Below, piece after piece: positions 56,043 through 64,000 of a stretch of DNA of 64,000 nt. Below the pieces are notes generated by a model. That model made no database searches. It was not told where the DNA came from and was given only the letters and a program-made list of their open reading frames with translations. The stretch is taken from contig OX597827.1 in NCBI GenBank assembly GCA_951406725.2, forward strand, positions 27,032,001 to 27,096,000. The letters are read 5' to 3'. The stretch's first letter is position 1, and the number at the start of each line of letters is the position of its first letter. The stretch comes from Octopus vulgaris. Its lineage: Eukaryota. The translations under genes and the position numbers were made by a program.

Positions 56043-56291
56043 GACACTTTCTCACAGCGCACAATACATTATGTGTATAAATAATGTACTGGAACTTATA
56101 TTTATAAATTTCAATCAACGCTGCCTGCGTAAATTAAACATAAATCCATCGGCCATTTGCAAGCTACCATATGTTAACATACTCTCGCCATGGACACACA
56201 CAAAATGAGGGTCATGTACTCTTGGTTTCGATCCATTTTGAAATTTGGCCATTATCAGTCCACTTGATCTCCAACACTCCACGATGATACC

Positions 56292-56989
<698 letters not shown>

Positions 56990-57235
56990 TGCAATATTGT
57001 TCAGGGTTTTATTAAAGCAGATACACCGATTTGCATAAATGACGCATTCTTGGCAGCTTGTTTGATTGATGAATTATTGCCGCCAAAGATTTCAGCTAAC
57101 AGTAGTGGACGTGTAAATTAAACATTTGTGTGAGTGTGTTTGTGTGTGTGTATGTGTGTGTGTGCAAGTAGAGTGTGCAAGTGTGTGCAACGTTTATGTA
57201 ATATACGGAAACGTATACTACTACTATTACTACTA

Positions 57236-57267
<32 letters not shown>

Positions 57268-57781
57268 ACTGATGATGATGATGATGATTCTACTACTACT
57301 ACTACTACTTCTACTACTACTGTAACGCTTGTGTTTACGAGTTTGTTTAGGTTTAGAACTAAATAACAAATGCAAGCAAAAGCACCTCAATAGAAAATAT
57401 AGTCCTACACACACAAACACACACACACACAAATGAAATTAAAAATACACATTGCGTACCGGACATCACTACGAATGAAAAATGCGAATAAATTGAAAAG
57501 AGAGAAAAGTACGGAACAAAATACAAAAGGACGATAACTCCTCCTCATCAGTTGCCGGACTGTTTATTACTCTCTTTTGTTTCGTTCATATATGTATGTT
57601 TGTACGTATTGCGATGATGGCTTAGCTGACGAAACTTCGAAGTCACTGCCAATACTATTCTTATTGAAGAATAATAAATTCGTACTCTGCAAAAGTATCG
57701 AGTAATCCGTCAATTAAATATAAAATTTATAGAACAAAGATTAACACACTCACACATACACACATACCCACGCATATATAT

Positions 57782-57889
<108 letters not shown>

Positions 57890-58549
57890 TATACACGCAC
57901 ATACATACGTACATATATACATGCATGGATATACACACATATATAGTTTGATAATGCAAACGCACGAAAGTCTCCGCTCTTGAGTTACTCTCCTGCTTCA
58001 GCTAAATATTAATAACACACACGCACACACATACACACACATGCAGTCCTGTAAACATTAAAAGTTGTGATGTTCATACAGCTCTATATGTATAAATTTG
58101 CATAAAGCCCGGTGCTAAACAAGAACAGTAACAACGACAAAAACGTCTCGTGAACAGCCACAAGATTTTAGCTCCTATTTCTTACACTGTGAGCACCAAC
58201 ATATACACCGACCAGACCTGCATTCACACTGCCTGAATAGGACCCACCGGCCCCACGATGTTAGGTTAAATATAACAGAAACTGCAACTAATGCTGCAGT
58301 GTTTTCTACAATGCACCAATTCATCAGTTCATGGCATGCAAGACCGCATCTATTCACGCATGCGCATGCATTCAAGTAAAAATCACATTTGTTCACAGCC
58401 TCTGGTTGTTGTCTCCACACAAGCAAACTGACATTTCTTTCTGGCATGTTTGAAGCTGAATAAGTAAGCCGCCATTTTGATTTGGTCAGTTTACTCTGTG
58501 TGTGTATATGTGTGTGTGTGTGTGTGCTGTGTGTTGTGTAAGTGCAGTA

Positions 58550-58614
<65 letters not shown>

Positions 58615-58776
58615 GTGTGTGTGTGTAAATATGCGATGCTAACAACTATAGTTTCGTAAACGAGAAAAGACAGTGCGCATCAATGGTGTGGATTTTGTTT
58701 GTAATATTTAGATATAAGATCACACACTCACACACTGCCACACACACACACACACAAACACACAGACATATATATC

Positions 58777-59060
<284 letters not shown>

Positions 59061-59624
59061 AAATTATTAATGGTGCAAAACTGAGGAATACTATCTAGTT
59101 GATAACTGATGAAGAGTCCGGGACCTTTTGTTTTTGTTTTCCGCCTGTTTCTGCACCCAATATTCGCTTTTCCGTTCGTCTGTGCATCCATTAAACGTTG
59201 TTTTTTTTCACTTTTCGTTCGTGCATTTACCAAACATTTGTTCACTTATATATATATATATACATCGAAGTTTTTTTCCTTTTAAACACAGGTTGATCTA
59301 TATCGTTTCTGACAATCACACAATCCGTAACCCTAATTACAATTCGACACATTATATAGCTATCTCACTGATTTCGTTCATAAATCACTCCATGTGATGA
59401 TACGTTTTATATAAAATCATGTGAAAATCATCCAAAGGCACTGAATATTTTAACAACTCATGATATTCAAGAAATCGTGTTTGAAACCTTGTCGTCTTGT
59501 TGATACTGGACAAATCATAACAGTCTTCTATCGGCATTTATCAACTAATACTGCTACAAACATGTATGTGTGTGTGTGTTCGTAAATATATATATTTACA
59601 TTATACAAATTTATGTGAATATGT

Positions 59625-59682
<58 letters not shown>

Positions 59683-60294
59683 ATATATATATATATGTGT
59701 GTGTATATATATATGCGTGTGTGTGTGTGCATGTGTATGTATGTATGTATGTATGTATGTATGTATAAGTACCCTTGATCGTGTGTGTGTATATATAACT
59801 ATGTATGTGTGTGTGTGTATGTATATATTTAGATTTGTGCGTGTGCGTATGTGTGTGAGTGTATGTTTACATGCATATAAATACACACAGACGTATACAC
59901 ACACACACATATACAATCACGGCAAAAGTAAATAGACATCTCCCAACCTATCGCTTCATCTCTGTGGACATTATTCATTAATACGATGCCCAGACGGGTT
60001 AAATATTTAAAGATCTGCGCGAGACATGTCTGTTGAATATTGGATTAAGTATTTCAATGCATCACAGGAATTGATTTTGTTTCTAGAAATCTATCTTCCA
60101 AAACTGATGATGTTTATTTACGTATGAGAAGAATGTATGTGTGTGTGCGTATATGTGTGTATGTATGTGTGTGTGCGTGAGTGTGTGAGTGTATGTGTTC
60201 ATGTGTGTGCGTGCGTGTGTATGTGTGTGGGTGTGACGGTGTGAACAGCGTAAATAAATTGCTATCTGTATATCATGCTCAACGTATATACACC

Positions 60295-60480
60295 GTTGAC
60301 TGCGGCCATGCTGGAGCACCGACGTTAATCGAGCAAATCGACCCCAGGATTTATTCCTTTTAAGCCTAGTACTTATTGTGTCGGTTCTTTTGCCGAACCG
60401 CTATGTTACGGGTACTTAAACGCACCAACATCGGTTGTCAAGCAATGTTTGTGGGACAAACACAGACACACAAAAATATT

Positions 60481-60544
<64 letters not shown>

Positions 60545-61125
60545 CGACGGGCTTCTTTCAGTTTCCATCTACCAAATCCACTCACAAGGCATTGGTTAGC
60601 AGCTATAGTAGAGGGCACTTGCCTAAGATGTCATGCAGTGGGACTGAACCCGGAACCATGTGGTTGGTAAACAAGCTACTTACCACAGAGCCACTCTTGT
60701 ATATATATATATATATATATATATACGACGGGCTTCTTTCAGTTTCCGTCTACCAGATCCACTCACAAGGCATTGGTTGGCCTGAGGCTATAGTAGAAGA
60801 CTCTTGCCCAAGTTGCCGCGCAGTGGGGCTGAACCTGAAACCATGTGTTTGGTAAGCAAGCTTCCTCCCTTACAACCACTCCTTTGTGCTTTGTATGCCT
60901 TTATGTCTGTGTTCCCTCCCCCCACACACACCATATCTTGACGACGGATGTTGGTGTCTTTACGTCACCGTGACTTAGCGGTTCGGCAAAAGTGAACCGA
61001 TAGAATAAGTTCTTCGCTTACAAAGAATAAGTCCTGGGGTTTATTTCTTCAACTGAAACCCTTTAAAGTGGTGCTCCGGCGTGGCCACAGTCAAATGAGT
61101 AAAACTAGTAAAAGAATGAAAAAAT
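60295..61125. mobile_element. Cluster of three SINE family A pieces: two on minus (60295-60697, 60724-60882), one 3' half on plus (60900-61125)
   Basis: Matches to the family A head, core and tail. Confidence 0.85.
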
Positions 61126-61799
61126 TGTGTGTGTATGTGTGTGCATTTACGTACATGTCATAAATTCAACAGTTCTTACATCTTACATGCCTACACTCAC
61201 ATCCAGGTACGCTCAAACGCACACTCACACACACACACTTATACACAGACAGTGAAAGAGGTAGTGGAAGGTAAAGGTGTGCTTTTTAATGCGTAGTTCC
61301 ATGATTATTCAGCTCAGACTTAAATAAGAAAACAAATAAAAACATAGCCGAAACTGAATAAGATAACTACACAGACGATATCACATATTTTAATGATAGC
61401 ACATTATCGGATAAATACCTCAGTCTCTGTAGTTTGGCTTTTATCTTTGTTTAAATTCGTTTGGCGACATTTCTAGTTATTGTGATAAACGTATTGCGCA
61501 GATTTTTACAGATTTTACCTTTAAATCTCGCTGCGTAGGAGGGAGGGAGACATTGGGGAATGTAATGTTTCGAGACGAACATTGCATTTTATATATACGT
61601 CTCACCATCAACCATACTGTCTCGACCTTCCGAAACGGCTGCAGGGCCACTCACAAAGGTAACACACGCAAGGCGACTGGACCTTCCACTGCAACCGTGC
61701 CCTTCCATGTCCTGCATTGGCCCTCACTGTTGTCAATGTATACCACTCCTTAAAATTCGTTCGCAAATCCAAACCAAGTAGGCATAGATAGACACCGCC

Positions 61800-62094
61800 A
61801 CCGTGATCACCGTGACCGACCAGGCTATCAGATGTTGATACACATCGCTGGTCACAATGCGCTTCGCATTGTTTTAGCCTTCAAATGACGCCACCCTGCT
61901 GTCTAAGCGAGCAGGCCAACAGAAAAAGAGTTGTGGTGAAAGAGTAGAGCAGGGTTCGTCACCACCCCCTGCCAGAACCTCGTGGAGCTTTAGGTATTTT
62001 CGCTCAATAAACATTCACAACGCCCGGTCTGGAAATTGAAACCACGATCCTACGACCGCAACTCCGCTGCTCTAACCACTGGGCCATTGCGCCT
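61800..62094 (-). mobile_element. tRNA-derived SINE family D with an alternative tail
   Basis: Head and core as in 46557-46730, followed by a different tail GCGAAGCGCATTGTGACCAGCGATG...GGTCACGGTGATCACGGTG. Confidence 0.85.
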
Positions 62095-62205
62095 ATATAT
62101 ATGTATATATATATATGTATATATACATATATGTATATATATATATATGTATATATATATGTATATATATATATGTATATATATATATGTATATATATAT
62201 ATATG

Positions 62206-62270
<65 letters not shown>

Positions 62271-62338
62271 GTATATATATATGTGTATATATATGTATAT
62301 ATATATGTATATATATATATATATTTTATATATATATA

Positions 62339-62760
62339 GGCGCAGGAGTGGCTGTGTGGTAAGTAGCTTGCTAACCAACCACATGGTTCCAGGTTCAGTC
62401 CCACTGCGTGGCATCTTGGGCAAGTGTCTTCTGCTATAGCCCCGAGCCGACCAATGCCTTGTGAGTGAATTTGGTAGACGGAAACTGAAAGAAGCCTGTC
62501 GTATATATGTATATATATATTTATGTGTGTATGTGTGTGTATGTTTGTGTGTCTGTGTTTGTCCTCTTAGCATTGCTTGACAACCGATGCTGGTGTGTTT
62601 ACGTCCCCGTCACTTAGCGGTTCGGCAAAAGAGACCGATAGAATAAGTACTGGGCTTACAAAGAATAAGTCCCGGGGTCGATTTGCTCGACTAAAGGCGG
62701 TGCTCCAGCATGGCCGCAGTCAAATGACTGAAACAAGTAAAAGAGTAAAAGAGAAAAGAG
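62339..62760 (+). mobile_element. SINE family A, full length
   Basis: GGCGCAGGAG-TGGCTGTGTGG (A-box), GGTTCAGTCCC (B-box), CTTGGGCAAGTG core, internal (TA)/(TG)n, tail ending in AGTAAAAG repeats. Confidence 0.92.
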
Positions 62761-62890
<130 letters not shown>

Positions 62891-62896
62891 AATGTT

Positions 62897-63960
62897 TTAT
62901 ATGGGCACCATATGAGCTACACTAATTTGTGAATCCACCTCTGATACGTGGCACTTGATCAACAAAGTTCGATGCTGCTGCCCGCATCTGCGTCTCCTGT
63001 CGTAGGTAAGTTCATCTGGGACTCCCGACAAGAAGAGATCCAGTTTAGTTTTAAAGAAACCACATCCACACCATGTAAGTCTCTCAGGCATTTAGGAGGA
63101 TGTTAAAGAGCTGTGGTCCTCTGAAACCCAAGCTGTTGCAGTATCTGGACCTGTATTTTGATGGTGATGTTGGAATCTTTGGCACCATGCAGTGGGCCGG
63201 TTCTGCGGTTGGGGTAACTTTGAATGCCAAAGTTTGGGACAAGACCCTCCAGGATTTTCCAGATGTATATCACCGCATATCTCTCCCGCCTCTGATCTAG
63301 GGAGAAGAGTTTAATACATTCAGTCTTTCCCAGTAGCTGATATTTTGCATTGAGACGATTTTCTTTGTGTAGCTTCTCTGAATTGCTTCGAGTTCCTGTT
63401 AGTTTTATACTGTGTGGTGACCACAGTTGGAAGCAGTAGTCCAAGCGGCTGAGGACGAATGTTTTCCATAGGACCATCAGTGTCTCCTTCTCTCTTGTTC
63501 TGAAAGTTCGGAGAATCCATCCAGCTAGCCGCTTGCATTTTATCACCAGATTAGCAATATGCACTTGGAAAGATGCATCATTGCTCATGTCAATGCCCAG
63601 GTCACGCACTGATTTTGACTCAGGGATTGCAATTCTTCCTGGGCCAGTGTATCCAGTCTGCACGTCGTTTACCTTTGTGTGCCAGTAGCGCAGGGCCTGG
63701 AACTTACCTGCATTAAACTGCATGTTGTTGTCCTCAGCCCACCTGTATATTGTGTCCAACTCTTGTTGCAGATGCGCAATATTTTCAGGGTTTTGTATTG
63801 CGTGGGAGACTTTTATGTCATCTGCATAGCTAGCAAGGGTGGTCATCGTAGCAACTGAAGGCATGTCTGAAAGGGCCACTATAAACATCAGTGGCCCCAA
63901 GACAGTGCCCTGTGGGACACCGCTTGTTATTTGTGTTTCCTTGGAGGTGGCTCCATTGCT
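62897..63960 (-). mobile_element. CR1-like LINE, 3' portion of ORF2 (reverse transcriptase), frameshifted
   Basis: SGVPQGTVLGPLMF, YADD, WAEDNNMQFNAGKF, VRDLGI, SRLDYCFQLWSP, LFSLDQRRER and FKTKLDLFL motifs. Confidence 0.92.
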
Positions 63961-64000
63961 CACCCTGTGGAACTTGATTTGTTCCTTGGTGGCTCCATTG

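Noticed and set aside
62339-62410. tRNA-like sequences here and at 46557, 62030 and 4420
   Set aside because: They are SINE heads followed by SINE bodies, not complete tRNA genes.

Overview
Eukaryotic, AT-rich, microsatellite-saturated animal DNA with no recognisable host protein-coding gene. Nearly all ORFs in the track are simple-repeat translations. The SINE repertoire and a GC-rich 18S V4 segment suggest an octopod cephalopod (inference from recall, not searched). Content: several tRNA-derived SINE families (working labels A-D) that share and swap modules; fragments of R4/Dong, CR1-like, RTE and Penelope-like (PLE) retroelements; two non-autonomous Helitrons; Tc1/mariner and hAT-type relics and MITEs; and an internally deleted 18S rDNA pseudogene beside an array of TTCCAGGAA-containing repeats. 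Most notable: (i) a 494-bp near-complete rod-like fold-back at 900-1393 with hammerhead-like motifs on both strands and an apparent G.U / A-to-G mismatch bias; (ii) several minimal hammerhead-ribozyme motifs in PLE-like terminal repeats, one in a TSD-bounded insertion with an inverted duplication; (iii) a nested (TA)n-centred palindrome at 14.65-15.46 kb that may be an artefact. All alignments were done by eye, so boundaries are approximate to a few bases.
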